Shown one piece after another: positions 27,805 through 37,424 of a DNA stretch of 64,000 bases. The notes under the pieces were generated by a model. That model worked only from the letters and a program-made list of their open reading frames with translations. It searched no databases and was not told the DNA's origin. Position 1 is the first letter of the stretch. The number at the start of each line of letters is the position of its first letter. Both the position numbers and the translations under genes were made by a program. Origin of the DNA: a bacterium. GTDB taxonomy: Bacteria; Auribacterota; UBA3054. The DNA lies in assembly GCA_017963805.1 (NCBI GenBank), contig JAGCTE010000035.1, positions 11,839 to 75,838 on the forward strand. The letters run 5' to 3'.

Positions 27805-29007
27805 ATGGCATTAAACGTTGAGATCTCTCCCAGAAAGGGAGGAGGACTTGTGGTAGCGCCGAAAGGGCGCCTTGACAGCGTAACGGCTCCCGACTTTGAA
27901 GAGGCTGTTGACGGAATTTTGAAAGACAAGGTGAAGGTCATAATCCTCGACCTTGGCAGCGTTGATTTCCTGTCCAGCGCGGGCATCAGGGTCATCTTCA
28001 AGCTGCAGAAGGGCGTTCTTGGCAACCGCGGCGTAGTTGTAGTTTCCAAGCCGCAGCCGCAGGTCGCCAGGGTGCTTGAAATCGTGCGCGCCATGCCCAA
28101 GGAGCAGATCTTCGAGAATACGGAAGAGGCTGACAAGTACCTCGCGGCCATCCAGGAACAGGAAGTGGAAAGAGTCGCCAGCCAAAAGAGCGCGAACACC
28201 GTCGTCAGCGCGAACCTCAAGATCGAGGTCACCCCGAGAAAAGAAGGCGGCGTGATCATTTCCCCGACCGGACGTCTCGACACCATAACGGCCCCGGAAC
28301 TCGAGGCCGTCGTTGACAAGATCTTGGCGGAGAAGATCTGCATCGTCATCCTGAACATGGAAGGCGTGACTTTCATCAGCAGCGCCGGCATCAGAGTCAT
28401 CTTCAAGCTGCAAAAAGGCGTTCTGAAAGAGAAGGGCGTGGTCATCGTCAGCAAGCCGCAGCCGCAGGTCGCCAGGGTGCTGGAAGTCGTGAGGGCTCTG
28501 CCGAGCGACAAGATCTTCGAAGACATCGAAGCCGCCGACAAGTACCTCGCCATGCTCCAGCAGAAAGAGCTGGAGAAGCTGGCTTCCAAAGCGGTCGAGA
28601 AGATGTCCGTTGAGCCGAAGGCTGTCGAGAACGACAATCTGAAAGTCACCGTCGCGCCCAGGGAACCGAGAGGCTACACCGTCTCCCTCAAGGGCCGCCT
28701 TGACAGCATCACTTCCCCCGACTTCGAGAAGGTCGTCGAAACGATCATTTCCGCGGAAGCCAAGATCATCATCCTCAACCTGGCCGAACTGGTCTTCTTG
28801 AGCAGCGCCGGCATCAGAGTCATCTTCAAGCTCCAGAAAGGCGTCCTGCAGAGGAAGGGCGTGGTCGTCATATCTAAGCCGCAGCCTCAGGTCGCCAAGG
28901 TCATCGAGATCATCCGCGCCCTGCCGGCCGAGCAGGTCTTCGCCAGCGACGAGGAAGCCGACGCCTATTTGGCCAAGATCCAGCGCCAGGAACTCGGAGA
29001 AGTGTAA
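27805..29007 (+). CDS. triple tandem STAS-domain protein (three anti-sigma-antagonist-like repeats in one polypeptide)
   Basis: Three ~133-aa repeats, each with the motif GRLDS(V/I)T(A/S)PDFE...II(L/I)(D/N)L...F(L/I)SSAGIRVIFKLQKGVL...VVVSKPQPQVA(R/K)V(L/I)E(I/V)VRA(M/L)P. Each repeat keeps the SSAG serine. Confidence 0.8.
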   Translation: MALNVEISPRKGGGLVVAPKGRLDSVTAPDFEEAVDGILKDKVKVIILDLGSVDFLSSAGIRVIFKLQKGVLGNRGVVVVSKPQPQVARVLEIVRAMPKEQIFENTEEADKYLAAIQEQEVERVASQKSANTVVSANLKIEVTPRKEGGVIISPTGRLDTITAPELEAVVDKILAEKICIVILNMEGVTFISSAGIRVIFKLQKGVLKEKGVVIVSKPQPQVARVLEVVRALPSDKIFEDIEAADKYLAMLQQKELEKLASKAVEKMSVEPKAVENDNLKVTVAPREPRGYTVSLKGRLDSITSPDFEKVVETIISAEAKIIILNLAELVFLSSAGIRVIFKLQKGVLQRKGVVVISKPQPQVAKVIEIIRALPAEQVFASDEEADAYLAKIQRQELGEV

Positions 29008-29011
29008 AGGA

Positions 29012-30868
29012 ATGCCCGGCCACGGCTTCGTAAGAGTCTGCGCGGCCGTTCCGCGCCTTGTTTTGGGCGACTGCGCTGAAAACGCAGCCAACATATCGGC
29101 CCTCGCGAAGGAGGCCGCGAAAGGAAGGGCGCAGCTTGCGGTCTTCCCGAGGCTCTCCCTTACCGGGGCGACCTGCGGCGACCTTTTCAGGCAGCCGAGC
29201 ATAGCCAAGCGCGCGCTTTCCGCCCTCAGGGAGCTGATCGCCAAGCTTGCCAAAGTTGACGCGGTCTGCGTCGTGGGCCTTCCCGTTCTTCTTGAGGGAA
29301 GGCTCTACGACGCCGGGTGCGTTTTCCAAAAGGGCAGGATATTGGGGATCGAACTGAACACGCTGCCGAAAGACGGAGCTTTCCGCGTTCCGGAAAAAGG
29401 TTTTCCTGGCTTTTTCAAGATCATGTCCCAGAGCGTGCTTTGCGGGACCGACCTTGTCTTCCGGTCGGAATCTTTTTCTTTCACCGTCGGCTTCGACAGC
29501 GAGCTTTCCGCCCCTTCCCAGATCCTTGCCAGGCGCGCCTCTTACGGCGAAGTGATCGCCGTGGTCGGCGCCGTTCCCGAACTGGCGGGCTCTTTTGAAA
29601 AATTTAAGTGCGCCGCTTCCTCTTTGTCCGGACTTTGGAAAAGGGGGCTGGTCTTTGCTTCCTCCGCTTCCGGAGAATCCAGCACGGACAATTTCTACGC
29701 CGGAAGAGCTTTCGTTTTTGAGGAAGGCAGAATGCTGGCCGGCCAAAAGCAGTTCCAGGCCGAAGAGACTCTGACAAGCGCCGACCTTGACTGCGAGTTT
29801 TTAAGGTTCGAGCGCCCGCCGGAAGTGCCCCCCGGCGAAAACGTCTCCCTCTTCTCCGTATCAGAATTGAAGGACCCCAAGCCCAGCCTCGCTTTGAATC
29901 CTTTCATCCCGGACGACGAACTGGAACGCGACGCGAGATGCGAAGAGATCTTTTCCATCCAGTGCGGAGGCCTTGCCCGCCGCATGGCGCACACGAAGGC
30001 GAAGAGAGCCGTTGTCGGCGTCTCTGGCGGCCTCGACTCGACGCTCGCTTTGCTCGCGGCCCGCGAGGCCCAGGGGCTGCGAGGCCTTGGCCCGGAAACG
30101 ATCCTCGGCATCACGATGCCCTGCTTCGGGACTTCCTCCCGCACGAAGAGCAACGCCTGCGAATTGATGGAGGAGCTTGGCATAGAATTCAGAACCATCG
30201 ACATCAAGGGTTCCCTGGAGCGCCATTTCAAGGACATCTCGCATCCCGGCGATCTTCACGACGCGGCTTATGAGAACGCCCAGGCCAGGGAACGCACGCA
30301 GATCCTTATGGACGTCGCCAACAGCGAAGGCGGCTTGGCCATAGGCACGGGCGACCTTTCCGAGGCGGCGCTCGGCTGGGCGACCTACGGCGGCGACCAG
30401 ATGGCGATGTACAACGTCAACTGCGGCATCCCGAAAACGCTTGTCCGGGCGGTCGTCGCTTGGTACGCGAAATTGGTCGGCGGCAGGATAGAAAAGATCC
30501 TTTCCGACATCATCGCCACGCCGATCAGCCCGGAGCTTCTGCCGGCTGTGAAAGGGAAGGCCTCCCAGAAGACCGAGGATTCCGTCGGCCCTTACGAGCT
30601 TCACGATTTCTTCATCTACCATATGCTAAGGCGCGGCGCTTCGCCGGAAAAGCTTCTCTTCCTCGCGGAGAGAGCTTTTTCCAAACGCTACGGCAAGGAA
30701 AAGATCAAAGAGTGCCTTCGGATCTTCCTTTCCCGCTTCTTCAGCCAGCAGTTCAAGCGTTCCTGCTCCCCGGACGGAGTGGGCACGGGAAGCGTCTCGC
30801 TTTCTCCGCGCGCCGGCTTGAAAATGCCTTCCGACATTTCCTTCGCGCCCTGGCTGGACAAGTTATGA
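29012..30868 (+). CDS. nadE: glutamine-dependent NAD+ synthetase
   Basis: N-terminal CN-hydrolase domain and C-terminal NAD synthetase domain with the PP-loop VVGVSGGLDSTLA. Confidence 0.9.
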   Translation: MPGHGFVRVCAAVPRLVLGDCAENAANISALAKEAAKGRAQLAVFPRLSLTGATCGDLFRQPSIAKRALSALRELIAKLAKVDAVCVVGLPVLLEGRLYDAGCVFQKGRILGIELNTLPKDGAFRVPEKGFPGFFKIMSQSVLCGTDLVFRSESFSFTVGFDSELSAPSQILARRASYGEVIAVVGAVPELAGSFEKFKCAASSLSGLWKRGLVFASSASGESSTDNFYAGRAFVFEEGRMLAGQKQFQAEETLTSADLDCEFLRFERPPEVPPGENVSLFSVSELKDPKPSLALNPFIPDDELERDARCEEIFSIQCGGLARRMAHTKAKRAVVGVSGGLDSTLALLAAREAQGLRGLGPETILGITMPCFGTSSRTKSNACELMEELGIEFRTIDIKGSLERHFKDISHPGDLHDAAYENAQARERTQILMDVANSEGGLAIGTGDLSEAALGWATYGGDQMAMYNVNCGIPKTLVRAVVAWYAKLVGGRIEKILSDIIATPISPELLPAVKGKASQKTEDSVGPYELHDFFIYHMLRRGASPEKLLFLAERAFSKRYGKEKIKECLRIFLSRFFSQQFKRSCSPDGVGTGSVSLSPRAGLKMPSDISFAPWLDKL

Positions 30869-30928
30869 ATTCTCGTTTTTCTCATCCGATTTTATGGTAA
30901 AATACTAATGAGAAAGTAGAGAAAGACA

Positions 30929-33900
30929 ATGAATGACAGTACTCTGAAAAGACCTTCGGGGGTGGCTTTGCTGGCTGTGCTGACCGTTCTGACGGTCCTC
31001 TCCCTTTTAGCAGCCACCTTCGCTTCCATGATGACCATGGAGGAGCAGGCGGGAAGCATCAGTCTTAACCGCTCGCAGTCCGATATGCTCGCCCAATCCG
31101 CCATCGAGCACGTTTACGGCCTGCTGCGCCAGGACTCCATCGACAGCCCGGAATACGACGGCTACGACGAATCCTGGTCCCAGACTTTCAAGCCGCGCCA
31201 GGGTGAGGAGCGCGTAAACGTCGAGGGCGACAAGGGCGGCGATTACGCCTGGGCCCGCTGGATCTACGTCAGGGACAACACCGGGCGCCCGATCGGCCGC
31301 TACGCGGTCATGGTCGAGGACGAGCACGCCAAGATCAACCTTCACACGGCGACCGCTCTCGGCTCCAAGCAGCAGAACGAAGGCTTCGGAACTTTCGAAG
31401 CGATGCTGACGGACGGCGACAAAAGGGGACTGCCTTTGACCATAGAAGCCGGCAAGCGCATTTTGAAATACCGCTACGGCAGGGACGAAAGGCCCGGCCA
31501 GGCCAACGTTGACGACAACCTTACCGTCACGCAGTACGGCAGCGACTCCATCGACAACAACGCCAACGGACGCTACGACGAAGACGGCGAAGGCGTGGAC
31601 GAGCCCGAGGAATACAATCCCAGCCGCCTTGTCTGGGACGACATGGCCTTCCAGTCCCTTAGGGAAGCCTTGGCGGTCGCCATGGGCGGCGAACCGACCA
31701 GCCTTTCCCAGGTCAACGCCTTCAAGCACCTCGCCACGCTTTGGAACACTTCGCAGGAGCTCTACTATGAAAAGTCCGCGAAGGCCCTGAGGCGCTCCCT
31801 TGACATAAACCACGCGGAACTAAAGCAGCTCAGGCGCGCCCTGAGGAACGCCAACAACGAGTCCGCTTTCGAGCCTTCCTCCTCCAAAATGCGCGCCCTG
31901 CTCGTCAACCTTTTGGACTACACCGACGAGAACCATACGCTCACGACCGTCGACAGCACCTACGGCGTGGAGTCGATCTGCTTCAACGAGATCATGGCGC
32001 ACGACGGCAGCTGGATCCGTGAGACCGACTGGTGCGGCTGGGGATTCCCGAGCCAATCCGGAAGCGGCGCCTCCGTCCCGGAGCACGTGCTTTCCGCCAA
32101 CCAGTTCTACGGCCACCGCTACAAGGACATGGGCAGCGTTTTCCGCTGGCGTTTCAGCAATGTCAAAAAACGGGGCAACGACTGGGAACTGAAGATCGAA
32201 AGGCCGCGCCGCCAGGCCCCGCGCTTCGACGAGTTTGTCAACACTGAAGTGAAAGGCTGGTATGAGGACCAGTGGAAGGGGGCGACCTGCATAGTCTACA
32301 ACGCCAAGAGCGAGAGCAAGGGTTTCTCCATTACCAGAAGCCAGGGCGGAAAAGGGCGCGAGTTCACCATAAAGGGCTACAGCGAAGGCAACAAATTCAT
32401 GGAGGACGTTTCCTCCAACCTCGTCAACGCCACCGTCAAGCTATACAGCACCTGGACGCACGACGGCGCCATGTGGTGCGACGACCCGATGCAGACGGAG
32501 ATCTTCTACTTCCGCCCGCTGAACCGCAAGCAGGAGAAGTATTATTACCGCGTCTACAACGCGAGCCAGGCTTTCATTCCCTCCATAGGCTACGGAAAAT
32601 CCAGCGTCAGGGAAATGGACATGGACGGCATTCCCGCCCGCTACAGCGTCCAGCAGGAGGAAAAGGACAAGAAGAACCACTACCTCCTGAAATACCCCTA
32701 CAAGGAAGGCAAGGCCCAGAAGCCTTCCAAGGAAGGCTACATCGAGGTGGTCGTGACTTCTTCCAAGAAATGCCGCCACTCCGGTTCCGGCAGGAAAGGC
32801 AAGAATATCAACTACAGCGACGCCATGTATTTCATCAGGCCCGATATCGTCGAGCTCATCAACATCTCCTCGTACCCCATAAGCCTGCGCAACTGGCAGG
32901 TCGTGGTCAACACAGGTTTGGAAGCCGAGCTTCTTGCCACCGTTGACAAGGCGGACCACTACAGCAAGGCCCGCAGCGGCTTCTACGAAGACCCGAACCC
33001 GATAATAGAGCCGAACGGATATTTTTACCTGACCAACAACAGGGAGATCTTCGACATCGAATACTGCGGCGGCAACGGCAACTACGGCCGCAGCCAGAAG
33101 ACGGTCATCCCGGTCTACGAGCTTCCCGACGAGGACTGGGGCATCCTCTACGACGTGACGAAGGTCAAGGGCGACTACATCACGGTCTCCGGCGCCAACT
33201 GGCATCACGACCAGCTGGAAGGCGAGCTTATCGAGTTCGTGTCCGACCGCCAGCCCACCGCCAAGGCGGATATTCCCAACGGCATGATCAAGTATGTTTA
33301 CGGCAACAACAGCAACAGGCTTGACCTTAACGGCAGCGACCCGGCCGGCAGCGGATTGAAAGTCGGCGACAAGATCAGGGTCAGGGGCCTTCCGCGCCAG
33401 GGCGGTTTCGTCTCCTTCACGCTTAAGAACGAATACGGCCAGGTCGCGGCCAGAACTACGGAATACGGCTCCGTCGACGAAGAGGAATTCGGATATTCAA
33501 CCGAAAAGGACGACCCGGCCCACTACACCTGGAAGAAACACTCGAAGCCGACTTTCGGCGGCACCCTAAGGGAAGCCGAGAGCCGCAGGATGAGAAGCCA
33601 GTCGAAGAACAACCAGACGCACATCAAGAACGCCGGCATGGCGAACATCTCCGAAATACAGAAGATCAAGACGGGCGACGACTGGGAGAACGTCGGCGGC
33701 GGCTCCAGGTCCGATCTGAAGACCATGAAAGCGGTCGGCAAATATTTCACGACCGCCGGCATCAGGCTCGACGCGGAGGAGGAAGGCGTTCATCTTTCCG
33801 GCTGGGCTCCCGCTTTCGGAAAGGTAGTTTCCGCGAACGGCGACGTTATGTCCATAGAGGGCGTCAGCTGGGAACCTGACACCTGGAAAGGGCACACGCT

Positions 33901-34882
33901 GCGCGTCATGACAGGCGCCCAGAGAGAGGAGAAGATCCCAATCGTCAGCAGCTCCAAGACCGGCATTACCGTCGACGGCCTGACCTCTCCTTCCGAACTG
34001 CAGCTGAAGCTCAAGAAAGGCGACATGGTGAGCGTCGGCCCGGGCTACGCCACGCCCTTTTACTACGCCACGAAAGACGGCGAGGCCGGCGAATGGGAAT
34101 GGCGTGACAAAGGCCTTGAGAAGGCCGACTACGGGCTTTACATCTTCGGGTTGAACGACGCCATCGACACGACGGAATTCCTCGAGGAGAACCACAACGC
34201 CGAGATGGAAGTCTTCATCTTCAACTACGAGACCGGCGAATACGACGCCCTGCCTCTCGGTTCCGACGAACTGAGGAACGCCGCGGACGATCCCTATCTC
34301 GTCGGCTCCAACAGGAAGCGCATCCGCTACGACAAGAACGACAGGGCTTACTGCGGCATTATCCACGCCTCTCACATCTCCGCCAAAGGCGGCATCAAAG
34401 TGAAGATAATACCCCATAACCTTTCCGGCGTCGACTCCTCCGGCAAGGCCTGGCTCGATTACGTTTACCTTGCGCCGGGCCCGACGGCCGGCCGCATAAA
34501 CGTCAACACCGCCGAGGAACGCATCCTGACCTCTCTTAAAGGCATCTCGCCGGCTCTGGCCCGCAACATCGCCAGAGGCATCGACAATTACGGCAGCGCT
34601 TCTTTGAAACCTTATAAGAACTCCACGGATCTTCTGAACGTCAAGGGCTTCACGCCCGAGATCTACGGCCCGATCGCCAACCTTGTGACCACGAGGAGCG
34701 ACCAGTTCAGGGTCCGCGTCATAACCCAGACCATCACGAAACTCTCCAAGGACGACTTCTTCAACGAGAATGCCGGCGACAGGATCACCTCGCAGTCCGC
34801 CATCGACATGATAGTCGACCGCAGCGACGCCCTTGGCGAGGACGGAGCAAATTTCCGCGTTATTTCCCGCGAATTCGAATAA
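30929..34882 (+). CDS. giant GspK/T2SS-K-like pseudopilin-family protein (1317 aa)
   Basis: Prepilin-like N-terminus (KRPSGVALLAVLTVLTVLSLLAATFA, no Glu5, as in GspK). Early DEHAKINLHTA motif (GspK DExxKINxN-like). C-terminal GRINVNTAEERILTSLKGISPALARNIARGI helix-hairpin-helix region. A ~900-aa insert of unknown domains lies between. A promoter-like TGGTAAAAT sits upstream. Confidence 0.7.
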   Translation: MNDSTLKRPSGVALLAVLTVLTVLSLLAATFASMMTMEEQAGSISLNRSQSDMLAQSAIEHVYGLLRQDSIDSPEYDGYDESWSQTFKPRQGEERVNVEGDKGGDYAWARWIYVRDNTGRPIGRYAVMVEDEHAKINLHTATALGSKQQNEGFGTFEAMLTDGDKRGLPLTIEAGKRILKYRYGRDERPGQANVDDNLTVTQYGSDSIDNNANGRYDEDGEGVDEPEEYNPSRLVWDDMAFQSLREALAVAMGGEPTSLSQVNAFKHLATLWNTSQELYYEKSAKALRRSLDINHAELKQLRRALRNANNESAFEPSSSKMRALLVNLLDYTDENHTLTTVDSTYGVESICFNEIMAHDGSWIRETDWCGWGFPSQSGSGASVPEHVLSANQFYGHRYKDMGSVFRWRFSNVKKRGNDWELKIERPRRQAPRFDEFVNTEVKGWYEDQWKGATCIVYNAKSESKGFSITRSQGGKGREFTIKGYSEGNKFMEDVSSNLVNATVKLYSTWTHDGAMWCDDPMQTEIFYFRPLNRKQEKYYYRVYNASQAFIPSIGYGKSSVREMDMDGIPARYSVQQEEKDKKNHYLLKYPYKEGKAQKPSKEGYIEVVVTSSKKCRHSGSGRKGKNINYSDAMYFIRPDIVELINISSYPISLRNWQVVVNTGLEAELLATVDKADHYSKARSGFYEDPNPIIEPNGYFYLTNNREIFDIEYCGGNGNYGRSQKTVIPVYELPDEDWGILYDVTKVKGDYITVSGANWHHDQLEGELIEFVSDRQPTAKADIPNGMIKYVYGNNSNRLDLNGSDPAGSGLKVGDKIRVRGLPRQGGFVSFTLKNEYGQVAARTTEYGSVDEEEFGYSTEKDDPAHYTWKKHSKPTFGGTLREAESRRMRSQSKNNQTHIKNAGMANISEIQKIKTGDDWENVGGGSRSDLKTMKAVGKYFTTAGIRLDAEEEGVHLSGWAPAFGKVVSANGDVMSIEGVSWEPDTWKGHTLRVMTGAQREEKIPIVSSSKTGITVDGLTSPSELQLKLKKGDMVSVGPGYATPFYYATKDGEAGEWEWRDKGLEKADYGLYIFGLNDAIDTTEFLEENHNAEMEVFIFNYETGEYDALPLGSDELRNAADDPYLVGSNRKRIRYDKNDRAYCGIIHASHISAKGGIKVKIIPHNLSGVDSSGKAWLDYVYLAPGPTAGRINVNTAEERILTSLKGISPALARNIARGIDNYGSASLKPYKNSTDLLNVKGFTPEIYGPIANLVTTRSDQFRVRVITQTITKLSKDDFFNENAGDRITSQSAIDMIVDRSDALGEDGANFRVISREFE

Positions 34883-34901
34883 CCAACCTTTATCTTACAC
34901 G

Positions 34902-37028
34902 ATGAAAAAACTCGGCCTTTTATTTCTGCTGATATTTTTTGCCAGTTTCAATTCCTACGCCCTGCGTATCTACGGCCTTTACATGGCCGAGGCGAACGTC
35001 AGGGACGACGGCAACCGTTACTACCAGGACACGATGTTCTCGACTTATCCTCCGAGCGCCGCGTTCAACGGCTGCGTGGACGTACTTGTCATGAAAGGCT
35101 GGTATTGTTTCGGCAACAACTGGGAATACGAACCCGTTGACAGCAACGTCCTCGACAAAGGACAGAAGGCCCAGTACGAAAACATGGGCAAGTGCGGCGG
35201 CGTAACGATAAAGAGGCTGGATCCCAACGTCTACGATCAGCTGAACGGCATGACGGGGCAAACTGCCGAAGCCGGCACTCCGGAAGGCTACATCGGCGCC
35301 GCCAACATGCGCCGCACCCTGCTCTTCAAAAACGCCGTCCTTGAAGAGGGGACGAACTACTTCACGATCGTCTGCCCCCAGGCCAACGAGCTGATGTACA
35401 GCGCCATGGTCGGCTTGTATCTTTCTGAAAAAGACACCTGGAGCACGGGCGTCATCCCGCCGGAAGGCACGGAGCCCGACCTTTGCGCCAAGGAAGCCGG
35501 CGCCGGCACCCAGGACATGGAAGGGGAGTACGTCTGCGGCGCTCCCAATCCCAGGAAGGACGTGTCGTATTTCAACCAGGCGAACATAAAGATGGAGCAC
35601 CCGACGCTCTACTGCGTGAAAGGCGATTACAGGATAAGCATTCCCTTCTTCTACATGGCCGGCACCAACGGCGACGAAGTGAATCCCGACGGCCTTACCT
35701 CGCCTCCGTCTCCCGGCTGGGTGGCGGAAGGCAGCCTTGATCCCGGCTGGGCGCTTGCCCACACCTCCGGAAACGAGGTCGCCTACCTTGCCGTAGTCGT
35801 CTCCAAAGAGAGCACGGTTCCTTCCCTTTCGACGCCTTCCGTCGTGATCCCGCCCCTGAGCTCCGACGGCTGCGTTCTTATGGAGAACCTCGGCGCCGGC
35901 AGTTTCAGCTACACCGCCAGCACCACGAGCAGCTGGCTCACGCTGGACAGCGAGACCGCTTCCGGCAGCGTCAGCATGCAGCAAAAGATCCAATTCACCG
36001 TCAACAGAAACGGCCTCGCTCCCGGCCGCTATGTCAGCACGATCGACATTGACCTCGGCAGTTTCGGAGTGATGACGGCCAAGGTGACGATGATCGTGGA
36101 GAAGCCCAAGACCGGCGCCGTGCGTTTGAAAGGATTGTACATTATGAGCAACGACGGCGAGACGCCCTATTACCAGGACACCATGATCAAGTCGCTGACG
36201 CCCTCTTACAATTTCGACGGCGGCTGCATGGATATCCTTCTCGCGAACGGGATCTACCTTTTCGGCAACGAGGCTGATTTCGAACTCTGCCCCTATTACG
36301 ATTACTTGGTCGCGAACGCGCTGGACCCCGGACGCCCCGCCGCCTATGACGAGGCCGGCAGCTTCCAGGTCACGAACGTTGTCTATTGCCTGCAGCCCGA
36401 GAGATACGACCTGATCAACCAGGCTGTCGACAACGGCGAGCATCCCACCGCCTCCTCGATCTCCGAATACGTGAAGTTTTCCGGCCTTACCAAAAAGGAG
36501 CTCGACTGCTACCTTAATGTTGGCACCAACCGTTTCACGCTCATTCTTCCGGAAGCCAGCGAATTCGAATCGGAAGAGATGCAGCTGGGCCTTTTCCTTG
36601 GAGAGAGGGTCGCGAGCGGCGCGAAACCCGATCTGGCGGCCAGCGACAGCGAGATACAGTTCGACGCCGAGGGCAAGCTTTACGCCACCTACACCACGGA
36701 AGACCGCACTTACAAATACCCCTTGAACGAATCGGATGTTTTCACCAGATCCACGCTTCAGTGCGACGTTGGCGACTATCATCTTACGCTTACGAAATTC
36801 TTCATCGCGGGCGTCAACAACGAATTCATGAATCCCAGGGGCATGACGAGCCCGGCTGCTCCCGGCTACGTCGCTTCTGGCGGCGACACGACCACGGCCT
36901 GGCCGGTGCACGCTTCGCCGAAGACGGCGCTGGGATATTTTGAAGTGGTGGTGACGGGCGTGCCGGAGCCGGCGGCGCTGGGGTTGCTGGCGCTTGTGGC
37001 GCTGGCGGCTTTCCTCCGCAGGAAGTAA
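34902..37028 (+). CDS. PEP-CTERM sorting-domain surface protein with internal duplication and a BACON-like beta domain
   Basis: ATG 34902. Signal peptide MKKLGLLFLLIFFASFNSYA. Two copies of a ~300-aa module (LRIYGLYMAE...YYQDTM... and VRLKGLYIMS...YYQDTM...). C-terminus VTGVPEPAALGLLALVALAAFLRRK is a canonical PEP-CTERM. Confidence 0.75.
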   Translation: MKKLGLLFLLIFFASFNSYALRIYGLYMAEANVRDDGNRYYQDTMFSTYPPSAAFNGCVDVLVMKGWYCFGNNWEYEPVDSNVLDKGQKAQYENMGKCGGVTIKRLDPNVYDQLNGMTGQTAEAGTPEGYIGAANMRRTLLFKNAVLEEGTNYFTIVCPQANELMYSAMVGLYLSEKDTWSTGVIPPEGTEPDLCAKEAGAGTQDMEGEYVCGAPNPRKDVSYFNQANIKMEHPTLYCVKGDYRISIPFFYMAGTNGDEVNPDGLTSPPSPGWVAEGSLDPGWALAHTSGNEVAYLAVVVSKESTVPSLSTPSVVIPPLSSDGCVLMENLGAGSFSYTASTTSSWLTLDSETASGSVSMQQKIQFTVNRNGLAPGRYVSTIDIDLGSFGVMTAKVTMIVEKPKTGAVRLKGLYIMSNDGETPYYQDTMIKSLTPSYNFDGGCMDILLANGIYLFGNEADFELCPYYDYLVANALDPGRPAAYDEAGSFQVTNVVYCLQPERYDLINQAVDNGEHPTASSISEYVKFSGLTKKELDCYLNVGTNRFTLILPEASEFESEEMQLGLFLGERVASGAKPDLAASDSEIQFDAEGKLYATYTTEDRTYKYPLNESDVFTRSTLQCDVGDYHLTLTKFFIAGVNNEFMNPRGMTSPAAPGYVASGGDTTTAWPVHASPKTALGYFEVVVTGVPEPAALGLLALVALAAFLRRK

Positions 37029-37056
37029 GCGCCGCTTAGCTTTTGCTCAGAAAAAA

Positions 37057-37111
37057 ACGACCCCTCTTGATTTTACTTCGTAACAAAATCTTGAGGGGGT
37101 TGTTTTTTTCT
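37057..37111 (+). terminator. rho-independent terminator after the PEP-CTERM gene
   Basis: acgacccctcttgatttt-acttcgtaac-aaaatcttgagggggttgttttttt: a 14-bp stem with one 2-nt mismatch, then a T-run. Confidence 0.55.
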
Positions 37112-37124
37112 TCGCTCACTAACG

Positions 37125-37333
37125 CGATTGTTGTCTCGGACGAAAAGTTATGTTCCCTTGGCGAACCGCATTCGCTGAGTTCGCTTACGGGAGCATAACT
37201 TTTTTCGTCCTCGACAAAACTCAAGTTGGACGCTGGAAAGCCGCAGTGCGAGCTAGGCACATACCCCTAAGCGAACTCACGGAGGACGCAAATCAAGGCC
37301 ATGCGCGCGTAGTCCGTGAGCGAGGGGTATGTG
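37125..37333. repeat. two adjacent long imperfect palindromes (hairpin I 37125-37204; hairpin II 37238-37333)
   Basis: Hairpin II has perfect 21-bp arms (gcgagctaggcacatacccct / aggggtatgtgcctagctcgc), extended by ctcacgga / tccgtgag. Hairpin I pairs cggacgaaaagttatg with cataacttttttcgtcc and has a nested gcgaac/gttcgc pair. Confidence 0.6.
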
Positions 37334-37424
37334 CCTAGCTCGCGCTGTAAGTGTTACTCAGCGAAGCCTGTTTGCCAAGGGCGCATGCCTTTTGCGAAGC
37401 GGAAAAACAATTGAGCGGAAAGGC

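Noticed and set aside
27805-29007. Three separate STAS genes rather than one.
   Set aside because: No stop codons or start/RBS signals separate the repeats, and the ORF is continuous over 400 codons.
37150-37338. Small ORFs (62 and 74 aa) inside the palindromic spacer.
   Set aside because: They are generated by the inverted-repeat symmetry. They have no RBS and would be disrupted by the hairpin structure.
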